Shown in pieces: positions 1-15,841 of a stretch of 43,402 nt of DNA; the stretch's first letter is position 1, and every line of letters starts with the position of its first letter. The position numbers and the translations under genes are program-made. The stretch comes from Ministeria vibrans ATCC 50519. Lineage: Eukaryota; Protista; Filasterea. The stretch lies in the NCBI GenBank assembly GCA_943704425.1, contig CALSCP010000157.1:1-43402 (forward strand), in the 5' to 3' direction. The notes under the pieces were generated by a model that did not search any database, was not told the origin of the DNA, and saw only the letters and a list, made by a program, of their open reading frames with translations.

Positions 1-330
1 GGTTCATCACACTCTACATTGATGTGCTGCCGCTGCAGACCACTCTGCGCGTGTGGGGGAGAGGGAGAGAGATCGGACGGGTGTTGGGCGCAATTTTCGT
101 GTTCGCGACGGAAATAGGAAAGAGATGCGATGCAAGCGATTGATCATGGTTTAGTGGCCAAGCCAGTGGTGTGGGGTGAGTGGGGCGTGAGCAAAGCAGT
201 GACATGAAGGAGAAGGCGAAATATGACAGTGGTGTGAAAAAAAAAAAAAAACTCGATTTGTGGAATTTTCCATTTGCAGAGCTGCAGAGCGCCCAAGTTC
301 AAGACGTTCTCATACAGCCGACCATTTAAA
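1..330 (-). other. Possible 5' end of a gene running off the left edge of the window
   Basis: Polypyrimidine tract plus CAG acceptor at ~47 followed by an open frame to the window edge (SGLQRQHINVECDE...); candidate ATG|GT donor near 325. No recognisable homology. Confidence 0.25.
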
Positions 331-1062
331 GGAGTAGATTGATCGCGACTTTGAATATTGCGAGTGATATTGGGTGCAAAAAGCGACTGGATCCTTTATA
401 GGACATGTCTGGAATGCATTCCAGCGAGACGGACGCGAAGCAGACGAGGGTGGCGGACGGTCGCGCGCACGGCGGGTGGTCGGGGAGTGAATAGGAGGAG
501 TCGGGCGATTGCGAGAGGGGAAGACGCTGGGTTGGCGGTGGGAGGGAGAGCGAGACATTAAGGGGGGGCGGCAGTGACGAGCGACGGAGTGGAAGGCGCT
601 GTGCTCGGCGACGGGGGTCCTGCCGGAGGCGTGGCGTGGATTGCTTGCTACCTTAGGTCGCCTTCGTCGACGCTGCTTCGGCGGCGCACTCCTGGAGACG
701 AAGCCATTGGTGGAATTCCAAAGGAAAATTCCGCGGTTGTGATGGAGATGCGATCAACAGAGGCGGGAGAGGGGCGGGAGTGCGGCAGCAGCGTTTGGCG
801 TAGAGCTGCGGTTTGCACAATGAGTTGAGAAGGGGTTGGAAAAGGCTGAGAAGGAAGAAAAAATAGTAAATTCGATTCTGTCTGAAACTCTGAATAATAA
901 ATATTCTGATTCAGTCCATCCTCGGGGGATTTAAGATTAGTCAATTATGAATAAGTTTGGTCAGCAAGACATTGTACTATCTACTTTTCATTCTTCGGAC
1001 TGCTGTGTGGTCTGTGAAGCCAAGGGTGATCTTGTAGAAGCTGCTGTTTTTTTGAGACTCAT

Positions 1063-4075
<3,013 letters not shown>

Positions 4076-4246
4076 AAACGAATGCATGCTAAATATGCGC
4101 ATACAAAATTGAAAATAGAGAGTTGAGAGAGATCAATCAGTCAATTCGGCATTTGCGATCAACAGCAAGTTCAAATTCCAAATCGGAAGACGGAAATCCA
4201 AAATAATTGAAGAATCGATTTCTTGAACCATTGCACTTGCCGTCTA

Positions 4247-5021
4247 ATGACGCTCCATTGTGGTGTCGACGGTGGATCGGGACCATCGCTTACGCCGTTG
4301 GTCGACTCGCTGCGAAATCTCAACAATGAATTTTCAAATAATTCAAAATATTACGTCCCAGAGATCTTTCCGGAGGAGCTTGGAGCGCAGCAGTCACAGC
4401 CATGGCAACATCACACGCACCCATTCGACAATGGCCGGGGGGAAGACACATGTGGAGTGGCGTCGTCGAGTGAGCTGGAGCGTCGTGCGGAAACACTGAT
4501 GCGGCGCTGTCGGGAAGTGCTCGCCACTGAGCCGTCTGTGAGGAGGTACGGCGGTGCGACGCCGCACTGTTCTACCAACCACGACAGAAGGCTGGCAATG
4601 GCGCAAGCGGGTGCGTGCGCCGGAGACTGTGCGCAGCGAGAGGGTTCAAAGAAACATAAGGTATCGCATGTTTGAATAATGCAAAGTACATTATACTGAT
4701 GGACTATTTTAGAGAATTAAGAGTCCCAACGCAAAGAGAAAGCTGACGTCCCGTCGAGTAAAGGCTGACACGTTGACGGCGTCCACGCAAACGGAGGGGA
4801 GGACGCAAACGGAGGCTCTGGAGCATGACGAGCGTCTCCTTGACGACGAAATGTACTCGATGCTTTTCAAGCGCGTTGCCTATTTTGCCGAGCAGATACG
4901 GTGAGTCTTGTGAAACAAACCAGAAGAGAGAAGTTGATTCTGTCTGAGATTGACGGATCTTGTTTTTTGTTATGACAGACGGGTTGATGAGTTGCTCGCG
5001 GACACATTAGAGGACGAGTGA
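4247..5021 (+). CDS. Hypothetical protein, 3 exons, tandem TQT motifs, C-terminal helical segment
   Basis: ATG 4247; introns 4661-4712 and ~4900-4978 (GT-AG) keep the frame open to TGA 5019-5021; ends DDEMYSMLFKRVAYFAEQIRRVDELLADTLEDE. Confidence 0.65.
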
Positions 5022-5368
5022 GAGACGCCCACCCTTACTCACTCTCGACGACGGATGGGTCTATTGTATATATTAATAGTAAAACATGATTGACAAAGAG
5101 TCCTGCTCTGTGATTAGATATACTATTTTTGCATACATTCATGCTAAAAACGAAAATGACGTACATTATTGTATGATACTACTTTTAACCATTTTTGACA
5201 TGTCGATAACAACGTCGGATGATCATATTGATTGGTGTATAGACAGTATAGTATTGATATATGTCGAACTCGACTCGTTTGACCCAACAAATCCTGATGG
5301 TTTCGTGATGATTTGAGTCGCTTAGTCATCTCACGAGATGAGTCAGTTGACCACTATTTTTCTTTTTG

Positions 5369-6637
5369 ATGAACAGGAGAAAAGCAGCACCCGCAGCACC
5401 GGCTGTCGACGGAGGGGAGCGGGGGGCGACCGACGACCACCACCAGCAGTACTGGAGGCGCCGATTGCTGTCGTATCACGAGTTACACGGTACGCAGCGC
5501 ATTTGTGTGGTTGTGTCTCGCTGTGTCGTGATCCTCGTCCCCATGCGCAGGCTTTCGCCGCGACAACCACAACATACACCATTGGTATCGTCCCAACGAC
5601 GGATCCGCGGCTGAATTGCTCTGTTCATGCCTTCACATTCACAATCAGGTAACACACTCGCACTTACCGACACCCTCACACGGAACCGGTTACTGATCGC
5701 CTCACACGCACTTCCCGCCCCGACCCGCCGTGCTCGCCAGACGGGCAACATATGGACGCATCTCATCAGTGCCGTGGGGCTGCCCGTCCTGTGCTACTGG
5801 ATGGTGACCCAGACCACAATGGCGGTACACAGTCGATAGTGCGTCTTGTCGTCTGCCCTCACACACTGTGCACTCCTCCTGCAGCAATGGCCCTGGGACG
5901 ACCAATTTTACTTTATTCTGTACATTGCCGGCGCCACCTGTAGCATGCTGGCTTCGACCCTCTTTCATTCTCTTCTAGCCCACTCCCCTCGAATCTTCCA
6001 TTTCTTCGCCACTTGCGACTACACTGGGATCTCCTTTATCATTCTCGGAGTCAATCTGTTCTTCATTCATTTCTTCTTCTACTGCAATCCGTAAGTATGT
6101 TGGTCTATTCAAAATTGAGTTTGAGAGAGAGGGAAACCTTTGACCTTTTGCTTTGTTTTGAAGTGATCTGCAAAAGATCTATTCGCAAGTGACTCTAGTC
6201 TTTGCGTCGCTCTGTCTTCTATTCAGTTTCTGGCCGGAATTCGGTTCGTCACACACCAAGAAACGAAACGAAAAGGGAAATAAGAGGAATAATTCTGTTG
6301 TGTGTGTGTGTGTGTGTGTGTGTTTATAGCGAAACCGCACTATCGAAAAACGAGAGTATCTCTCTTTTGTGCCTTTGGGTATTCCGCTCTGATTCCGCTC
6401 TATCACTCAATCCAGTATACATATTCATGAACATGATCTATAGCACACACCCATGCAACACCTCCCTGCTTGCTTCCCGTCTTTCCTGTAGATTGAATGG
6501 AAGCGACATGATCTTCTCGCGAATCCCTCAAGACGAACTGGTCATAATGCTTCTTGTCATTCTGGCAGGCGCGCTCATTTTCGGTATTATATTTATATTT
6601 ATATTTATATTAATTATATTTATCAGTTGCCTCTTTC

Positions 6638-6675
<38 letters not shown>

Positions 6676-6847
6676 TCCGTTCACAGCCTTTCGAGTTCCA
6701 GAAAGTATCTTTCCCGGTCGGTTTGATCTGCTCTTTCATTCGCATCAGTTTTGGCACATGTTTGTCAATGCGGCCATTCTTATTTGTGCTCATCTGATGT
6801 TTGTTGTGGGTAACAACTTCTCGCGTTTTCACAGTTGTGATAGATAA
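5369..6847 (+). CDS. PAQR / adiponectin-receptor / hemolysin-III family 7TM protein, 8 exons
   Basis: Spliced translation gives HNQTGNIWTH, STLFH, DYTGI, FRVPESIFPGRFDLLFHSHQFWH: the PAQR motifs including the Zn-binding His residues. Confidence 0.92.
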
Positions 6848-6851
6848 TTCA

Positions 6852-6897
<46 letters not shown>

Positions 6898-7021
6898 GTG
6901 TGAAGACAATACATTCATTAGAAAGTAAACCATTCAATTGGTTCAATTGGGAAGCTGGTCACTTTCACACTTTGACAGAAATCTGAAATCTGTCAAGTGT
7001 CAAAAGTTTACTCTTTTAGTA

Positions 7022-8244
7022 ATGACTGAAAATAGTAAAGAATGCTGTCCGCCGCACGACCACACCAAGGACTGCACGACGTCGCCGTGCAACCGCTGCG
7101 TCAATGACGACGTGGGCGTCACACCGACATTTCATCCGTTGGACGAGAAAAAAAAAGAACTCAAAGAAGTCCTCAACAAAGCCATGTACAAGGCCATTGG
7201 CGGGGGGGTTCCCGGGGCACTTGCTATGGGGCTGCAGGTAGGCGGTTGAAATTGCCTCAGGCGGTGTTATGGCGCCATACGAGCAATGGTGGGGCCATTG
7301 GATGGACCGACTTGCTCACTGGTCTGCTCGTCTCGTTCCCTCTCGCGTGCAGGTCACGTCGCTCATGTGGATGCGCACGACCATGAACTATCAGTATCGC
7401 CACGGTACGGCGCCCGTCCGTCCGTCCTTCTGCGCTGACGGGACAGAGAGTGAGAACTGTTGAGCACTGATGCTCTCGCTTTAGGTGGAACGACGACCAA
7501 TGCGCTTCGCACGCTGTATGCCGACGGCGGAGTCCGTCGCTTCTATCGTGGCTATGGCCCGGCCATCTTTCAAGGTTGGGGGAAATAAGAAGTTTCAAAA
7601 TCAGATCATCAGCATAAACTCAGTCATATTTTAGGTCCCCTCTCTCGATTTGGCGACACGGCCGCCAATGCGGGCGTTCTGGCGCTCGTGGAGGATTTTG
7701 AGGCAACAAAGAACCTCCCCGTGGGGGTGAAAACGGCGATTGCCTCCGCCACGGCTGCTCTCTGGCGCATATTCCTCATGCCCATTGACACAACCAAGGT
7801 GGGAGACTCACTCTTGAACGACTGTGAGCGCAAAGGCGACGCGCAGCTGTGGCGTGTATATGCGGTTTCTGATTATTCTGGTTGATGTAGACTATCCTGC
7901 AAGTAGAGGGCGCAGAAGGGCTTGTAAGCAACACAAAGTGCTCATTGCGATATTCCGTGTCACACTAATTATTTTTATGTATTATTCTTGTGTTGTGTCT
8001 CTCTACCTTTTAGTCTGTGTTGCGCGCGAAGATTGCTAAAGGAGGAGTACCAGTGCTGTACTCGGGGGCACTCGGGGCTGCGAGTGCAACGGCGGCGGGC
8101 CATTTCCCGTGGTTCTTCACATTCAATTGGCTCAACTCGATTGTGCCAAAAGTGGAACCAGGCGTGGAGAATGCCAAGATCAAGACTCTTGCACGCTCGG
8201 TAATCATATGAGTGTATGTATGTATGTATGTATGTATGTATGTA

Positions 8245-8282
<38 letters not shown>

Positions 8283-8738
8283 TTTGTGGTGCGTGTGTCT
8301 TTGTGGTGTGTGTGAAAGAAGAGAGAGAAAGTGTGATTGAATGACAGAATATGCGTGTATGTGTGTGTGTGTGTGTGTGCATTTCATGCGAGAGTTGCAG
8401 AATGTGTGAATGAATGGGCGTTGCGTGTTTTAGGCACTGTTAGGGTTCTGCTCAAGTGCAGTGTCGGACACAGTGTCAAATTCACTGCGAGTCCTCAAAA
8501 CAACAAAGTAACACACACAGACACACAATGACCAAATTGAGACATATGATTTTGCAGACAGACATCGCGTGAAGTGATGTCGTACCCACAGGCACTACGA
8601 ACAGTGGTTGATGCAGATGGACTGATGGGATTATTTGGGCGCGGCCTTAAAACGCGACTGATGGCCAATGGCGTTCAAGGGTTGGCCTTTGCAGTGCTCT
8701 GGAAGGAGATTCAAGGGAGACTCTTTCCCGACCAGTAA
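7022..8738 (+). CDS. Mitochondrial carrier (SLC25) family protein
   Basis: Three carrier repeats after splicing: [10 protein letters not shown]...[20 protein letters not shown]...[16 protein letters not shown]...GLFGRGL; stop TAA 8736-8738. Confidence 0.9.
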
Positions 8739-9006
8739 CATAAAACCAACTGCACAAATAGCGCACAATCAATACAATTATACACAATTCACAAACCTTG
8801 CTCAGTGACACTTGACACTTGTAGCCTTGTGGAAAATCTGCTGGGGTGTTGATCGAACAACAAACTAGGAACTAATAATCATTAATAATTAGAAGAAGAA
8901 GAAGAAGAAGAATACAACCCATTTATTAATGATACAGTCACCACACATATAATTCTTATTATTAATTATCAATCAATATTCAAAAAAATTCATTATTATT
9001 TCGCTC

Positions 9007-10915
9007 ATGCAAATTTCCCTTTCCCTTTTTGTTCTCGTCGCGCTTGCGAGCAGCGCCACGCTTGCGCTGAACAACGGGCTTGGGCGCTTGCCTCAAATGG
9101 GCTACAACACGTGGTATGACTTGGAGTGCTCTGAGTCGATGAATGAGACAGTCATTAAGGTACACAAAGCACAACAAAGGCCGAAAGTGATCCGCTGTGG
9201 CTCAGGCGACCGCAGATGCGATGGTTTCAACCGGTCTGAGGGACCTTGGCTACATCTATGTGAACCTCGACGACTGTTTTATCCAGAGTCGCGACGAACA
9301 GGTTCGCCAAGTCAACAAAACAATAGTCATACTGATTATCTTTCTTCTCGAAGGGAAATCTCGTCGTCGACCCCAAGAAGTTCCCTTCCGGCATGAAAGC
9401 ACTTGCCGACTACATGCACGAGCGTGGGCTGAAGTTTGGCGTGTACACCGACCGCGGTGCGGAGACGTGTGCGGGCAGACCGGCTGCCTTGAGTCACGAA
9501 GGCCAGGATGCGCGCACGTACGCCGCATGGGGCGTGGACTACGTGAAGGAAGACAGTTGTCATGCATCGGACGACCACGGCACAGCCGTAAGAATTAGCC
9601 ATATATGAAGAAGAGGAGGGGAGATGATGCGATTTAGCCCCTACACTAACCCTAACCCTAACCCTATCTCACCAGTTTGCTGAGTACGGAAAGATGCGAG
9701 ACGGACTGAACGCGACGGGGCGCCCCATGTTTTTCTCATTGTGTGGCTGGAACTGGTGGTATGCTCCCGTGGGTGGGTCTCTTGGCAACTCGTGGCGAAT
9801 TGGACCCGATACCAACGACTGGGCAGCAATCAAGGTGAAAACCACCCACAACACAGTTGCACAAACTCATACTTTTTGTGTTGTTGTCCTCGTGACCTAC
9901 TTAGACCAACATTGACATTGACAGTACACTCGCAGCCTTTGCGGGCCCCTCAAAAGGTTGGAACGATCCGTGTCTGCTGATCAACGAGGATCACGCAGGG
10001 AAGCAGCTGGCGACACCCGCACAGGCACGCGCGCAGTTCTCCATGTGGAGTGTGCTTGCCGCGCCCATGCTGCTCTCGATGAATGTGCGTGCGCTCTCGC
10101 CCTTTGCGTATGAGACGTACACGAATGCGGAAGTGATTGCAGTGGGGCAGGACACACTGGGACAACAAGGATGGCGGGTGATGGGAGGGAATCTGACTGG
10201 TGTGCAAGGAGGAGCACTGACAATGAGCGAGTGCGCTAGTTTGGACCATCGTACACTCTGGCAGCAAAACCAAGTCATGTCAGGTACCCTCAGCAACAGT
10301 GCCACGGGAATGTGCCTCAATGTCGACGACTGCGGCTTGGATGTCATCCAGTACCCGTGTGTGGCCCAGCCAGGCTCCTGTTGCTCCACTCAAGGTGGTG
10401 CGTGTCCCAACCAGCAGTGGCGCGTCTCACCCTCAAATCACTCAATCATTTCCTACCTCCCTCGCGACAAGTGCCTCTCGCTCAGTTCATCGCTCTCCGT
10501 TGCCCCGTGCAACTCTTCTCTCTCCACCCAACAGTGGTCGTACACCTCAGACTCACAGCTTCTTCACATTCCTTCACGACAGTGTCTCTCTGCTTCTCTT
10601 CCACTTAACGTCTGGTCTCGTCCCCTCTCAGACCATTCAGTTGCAATGGTCTTTCTCAATGCAGATCATTCTACGACTCACAATGTCACGTGCAATTCCA
10701 CCTGCTTTGCCAACGCAAAGGTGTCCGCCACTAAACTACGCGTCAGAGACCTTTGGAAGTACGTCAACAATTAAAAATTAAAAATATTAATAAGTATCTT
10801 GTTTTATTTTAGACATGAAGAAGTAGGCATCGTTGAGACTGCAAAGGGATTCACCGCAATGGATCTCGCCCCCGACGGTGGTTCCGCCATGTTTCGTTTC
10901 TTTCCGCTCAATTAG
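9007..10915 (+). CDS. Secreted GH27 alpha-galactosidase with ricin-B (CBM13-type) lectin insertion
   Basis: Signal peptide, LNNGLGRLPQMGYNTW, YVNLDDC, YVKEDSC (nucleophile Asp), WRIGPD (acid/base Asp), QFSMWSVLAAPMLL, QxW repeats, VRDLW; TAG 10913-10915. Confidence 0.93.
9646..9666 (+). repeat. Short (CCCTAA)n telomere-type repeat at an intron branch-point position
   Basis: ctaaccctaaccctaacccta ending 8 nt before the AG acceptor at 9674-9675. Confidence 0.8.
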
Positions 10916-11016
10916 ACATTGAAATAATAATATTATAAATTATTATTGTTAATTATTATTATTATTTTTTATTATAATAATATTATTATTATTATTACAT
11001 TTTATGAGTACTAATT

Positions 11017-13798
11017 TTACATGTCTGGAGGACGAGGCCCATCGCCAGTAAAGGCAATCCTTTGCAATCGCCTTAGAGTAAGACTACGCTCAATTGACAG
11101 CTGAACTTGTGCCACATTCTATGGATTGTGACACAATAATAAAAAAGTTACGTCTTTTCAGTTTTGTTGTTGTGTTGGTACTTACGCTCCCGATGTGATC
11201 CTTAGCGCTCTGGGCAGTGTTTCTGCAGATGATCTCGGCAAAACGTTTCTTGGTGAAGGCGGGCCAGTCACTGCCGAGCAGAGCGCCACACGCGCGTGCT
11301 CTCAGTTGCTCTGCATCGCGCACGTGTCCCATTCGCATGTGCACGTCCGACAGATGTGAGATCAGCATCAGAGTGGACGGCGTAATATTCCCGGTGCCGT
11401 GCAGATGATCCAGCACCTTCAAACTGCAATCGTACATCTACACCCCCAATAAAAAAACGCAAAAGAGAAACAATAAATTACGACAGTGATTGTGTCGTGT
11501 GACGGTTTGTTTTGTGTTTGCACCTCAACTGCTTCGGGAAGATCGTTTTCCTTGTGCTTGATGTAGCCAATGTTGCGCAGCACACGAGCGACCCGTGGAT
11601 CCGAGTAGCCGCAATGCGTCACCAAAATGCCCAGCAGTTGTTGAGCCTTCTCCGTGGCCTCCATGTGCCTGTACAAAAGGATTATGATGATAATTATTTT
11701 ATTATTAAAATATTTCTACTCATTCATTCATTCTTCCCCAAAACCACACACAAACACACACACACATACATACACGCAGACACACACAGAAACACACACA
11801 CACAGACAGATGAAATACCTATTTTGCATGACGTATAGATTGGCAAGGTCATCGAGAACGTATGCCATGCGCATCGAGCCCGTGACAGCGTGCGTGCGAC
11901 GGCGGGCAGTTTCGTGGAGAGTGATCGACTCGGTGAAGAGCTCGGCGGCAAGGACATACATTTGCATGTCCATGCAGCAGAGCCCCCACAGATGCAACGC
12001 GTCTGCTGTGTTCTCTGGCAAGGATTTTCCCGTGAGGTTGAGAAGGCGCTGGAGTTTCACAAGACGTTCGCAAAGGGGAGCGGCGCGTCGGTAGTACCCG
12101 GCGCGAAACTGCAGAGCAATTCGGCGCGTCAACGCGTTCACGACGCGTCTCGTGTCGTTGGTCGCTTCGTGGATCTCAATGGCGAGCGCCAGGTGTCGAT
12201 CGGCCGCAACGTACTGGCCGCGCTTCTCAAGGAGCAAGCCCATGTTGGTGACAATGGACGCAAGCAGAAGCGGCGGGCACTGCTTGAGATGATTTCGCGC
12301 TGTACGAAATGCGCTGTGGAGAACAAGGTAGGCGCGCTCCTCCTCTCCCAGACGACGATACAAGGAGGAGAGAGTGCTTTGGATAAAGGTGATGAGAAGG
12401 GATCGCTGGACGTGAGTGAGACGGCTCTTTTTGCTGAGAGGCGCCAAGGGAGTCGCGGTGGCATTGGCTTGTGCTGCGCTGTGCCGACGGGACGCCTCCT
12501 GTTGCAACAGAAGTAAGGCATCCTCGGCGTGTCGTACTGCCTCGCCGTACTCCTTCATAGAAATGTATCGTTTGGCAGCGCGCCATGCAAATGATTGGGG
12601 GCTTTCATAGTGTGTAGTAGCTGCCGTGGGCACACCGCTGTAGCGCCGATGCATCGGCTCGGTTGTTGGTGTTACTGTAGATTTCAGGGTGGTGGTGGTG
12701 GTGGTGGTGGTGGTGGTGGTGGTGGTGGTAGATACAGGGCGTGTCAAGCCAGACGCGTCGCGTGCCTTGATTTGGTGCTCACAAAGGTCGTCGTCGTCGG
12801 CCTCGTCGTCGCTTGCTGTCGTGTCCTCCATAGACTGTGGACGCGTGTCCATGGCACCCAGCACGGTCGCATCCGTCTCGTCTGCATCGCGCTCGTCGTC
12901 GTCGTCGTCATCGCCATAGTCGTGGTCCACCAAAAGACGACTCTTTTTGTTGGCGGTTGCGGTTGCGATGGAGTGTCGCTTGAGAATTGGATTGATGGGA
13001 ATGGGTTCGATGTCGCTGTCAAAGAGAGATTTCGCACGATTGACACACACTGGTGAGCTTGTGCTGAATGCGGGGGGCGGCGCAACCAGAGAGCGCAATG
13101 GCGAGCCTATGGTTGGAGGTGACGTCGGAGGCATCATACGGGCAGGTGATGGAGGGGCGGGTGGATATTTGAAGAACTGAAAAGAAAAGACAATCATTAT
13201 TATTGTTATTGTTATGATTATTATTATAATAATAATGTAATAGGAAACTTCGCACCTTTCCCGGTGGCGGACGCGCTGGAATGAGAATCTCTGGAGGGGT
13301 CTTTGTGCGTGGGCGGGGGTTGGCTTGGGAGAGAGTTGGCGCTGGGTCGTCGAGTTTGGGAGAGGAGCGGGCGTGTTCGACAGCGCGGGTGATGCAGGCA
13401 ACGGTGGTGGGCTGCAGAGGAAAATTCAAACTTTGTGCAGAGGAAGAGATGAGGGAGTGTGGGGGCGGGAAGAAGCCGCGTTCACTGCGCGAGCTAGAGA
13501 TGGGGACACGGGGGGTGCGCTGCTGGTCGCGCCGACGGTCGAAGGAGTGGTAGTGGGTGGCGGCACGGCGAGGGAGTGCTCTGGAATGCCCCTGGCTGTT
13601 CCGGGGGGTGCCGAGCAGTGCGTCGGAGGCGGCAGAGGGCCCGGGCGGGAGCGGCAGCTGCCCTAGCGTGGCGGCGCGCTGGGTGTGGTGCGCTGAATGG
13701 CTGCGCTGCGGGCGGCGTGTGCCCGGCGGCTCGTCGTCGAGATCTTGTCGCGTCCGCAGATGCGCCAAAGTCAGCCGGCCGTGCGCAGCCGTGTCCAT
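11017..13798 (-). CDS. TPR-repeat protein with long low-complexity N-terminus
   Basis: Helical TPR-like repeats (ASIVTNMGLLLEKRGQYVAA, AYVLDDLANLY, ARVLRNIGYIKHKENDLPEA) in exons linked by GT-AG introns; Pro/Ser/Thr/Asp-rich N-terminus; 5' exon structure uncertain. Confidence 0.72.
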
Positions 13799-13991
13799 TG
13801 TCGTCGCTCAGCGTGTCCCTGGCCGCTCAAGGATGGTGGTAATGCAATGGGATCGGACGAGCCAGCAGCCAACACCCGACAGTCAACCGCCAACAGCGAA
13901 GAGATCAACAAAACAATGAATAAAAAAAATCGGAAATTCCAACTCATAATTTTTTTTGCTCATTAATAATTGATATTCGACGATCGACATT

Positions 13992-15742
13992 ATGAACGCT
14001 GCCGTGAGACTGCAACGACTGCGTGCGGCTATGCAACGACACAAGATCCAGGCTTACCTGGTGCCCAGCGAGGATGCTCACGCAGTACGGGACGCACTTC
14101 AGAAACGCTCATTTCTCGATCTTGATCGACTCTCCATCTCACTCTCACCTCAACTGTCTCTCTCCAAAGAGTGAATACATTGCCGAGTGCGATCAGCGGC
14201 GCGCGTTTCTCTCGGGGTTCACAGGCAGCGCCGGTACGAGTGGCGCGGACGTCTCCCGGCCGTTTCGCAAACACACAAACTTTAGTTGATCATGGGACGA
14301 TTCTCTTTTTTCGTTTTCTTTTTTCCTTAGGTTGGGCAGTTGTGACGGAAACTCAGGCGCTGCTGTGGACGGACGGGCGGTACTTCACGCAGGCGGAGCA
14401 GCAGCTGGACGGGGCGCACTGGACGCTGATGCGCATGATGGAAGGCGTGCCAACGCAGCAGGAGTGGCTGTGCGCTCGTCTGGCGCCTCCTGCACTCATT
14501 GGAGTCGACCCGGCGCTCATGTCGTTCGCCAAGTACGACGAGTATGCGTCTGCCTGTCGCAAGGTCGGCCACGAGCTGGTGCCGGTGGCAGACAATCTGG
14601 TGGACGAGGTGTGGGCTAGTGAGCGTCCGGTGAAGCCGTCAGGCTCGATTGTTCTGCACACGCTCGAGTACGCTGGACGCACGACGCTCGACAAACTTGC
14701 GGATGTCCGTCAATGCATGAAAGAGAACGACTCTGAGCTACTTGTGCTGTCGGGACTGGACGAAGTTGCATGGCTGACCAACCTGCGAGGCAGCGATGTT
14801 CATTGTACGCCTGTCTTCTTTGCACACGCCATTGTCACACCCACCTCGGCCATCCTGCATGTCGACGAGGAGCGCCTCACGCCCGAAGCACGCGACAGTC
14901 TTTGCGGTGTTTTTACGGTCGCACCCTACTCGAGTGCAGCGCAGTCTGTCACAGCCCTTGCGACTAACGCGAGCACAACCAACGCGATGAGAACGAACAA
15001 TGTGTGGCTGTCGCCGCAGTGCTCCGCAGCAATCCGCTGTGCTCTTCCTCCCTCACACACACTTCTTGCATCGCCCACGCGCGACATCTCCCCCGTCTGT
15101 CATCTCAAATCCATCAAGAACGCCACTGAGCTGTCGGGGTTCCGTGCGTGTCACCTACACGACGCAGCCGCCCTCTGCGCGTACCTCCATTGGCTTCAGG
15201 GCGCTCTCGCAGCTCACGAGACGGTTACTGAGTGCTCAGGCGCAGACAAACTCGCTGGCTTCCGTGCGCAACAACCCGACTTTGTCTCACTCAGCTTTGA
15301 TACGATCAGTGGAGCCGGTCCAAGTACACCACACCCAAATTTCAATCGAGGTGTTCATTCTGTATGTTCTCTAGATGGAGCTATTATTCATTACAAGCCC
15401 GAACCTGAGTCGTGTGCGCCCATTCGCGCTGATCAGCTCTATTTGGTGGATAGCGGTAAGAGAAGTGGATAGGTGAAAGGAAGAGAGAGAGAGAGGAGCC
15501 GAGTGGGAAGATAATATGTGAGGGGGAGAGAAACAAAGGCATCATTGAGGGGGAAAACTAAAATTAACTAATAATAAACTTATTATTATTAGTGATAGAC
15601 TGAATAATAACAATAATAAAAAGAATTAATTATAATAGTATTAATTTTAATTTTTTTTTGGGTTTGTTTTAGGTGGACAATATCTGAGTGGCACGACGGA
15701 CATTACACGAACTGTTCATTTTGGGGAGCCCACTGATTACGA

Positions 15743-15841
<99 letters not shown>

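Noticed and set aside
310-944. Short ORFs at the left end, including MASSPGVRRRSSVDEGDLR followed by a GT
   Set aside because: Splicing to the visible acceptors hits stops; no homology; likely UTR/promoter.
5086-5329. AT-rich intergenic ORFs and TGAT/CTGA words
   Set aside because: No rRNA-complementary guide or terminal stem recognised; no coding signal.
5640-5760. PAQR motif reads NQTGNIWTH instead of the usual E-containing form
   Set aside because: Single substitution; Zn-binding residues intact, so not evidence of altered function.
12688-12729. (GGT)n repeat
   Set aside because: Ordinary coding poly-Thr tract in the TPR protein.
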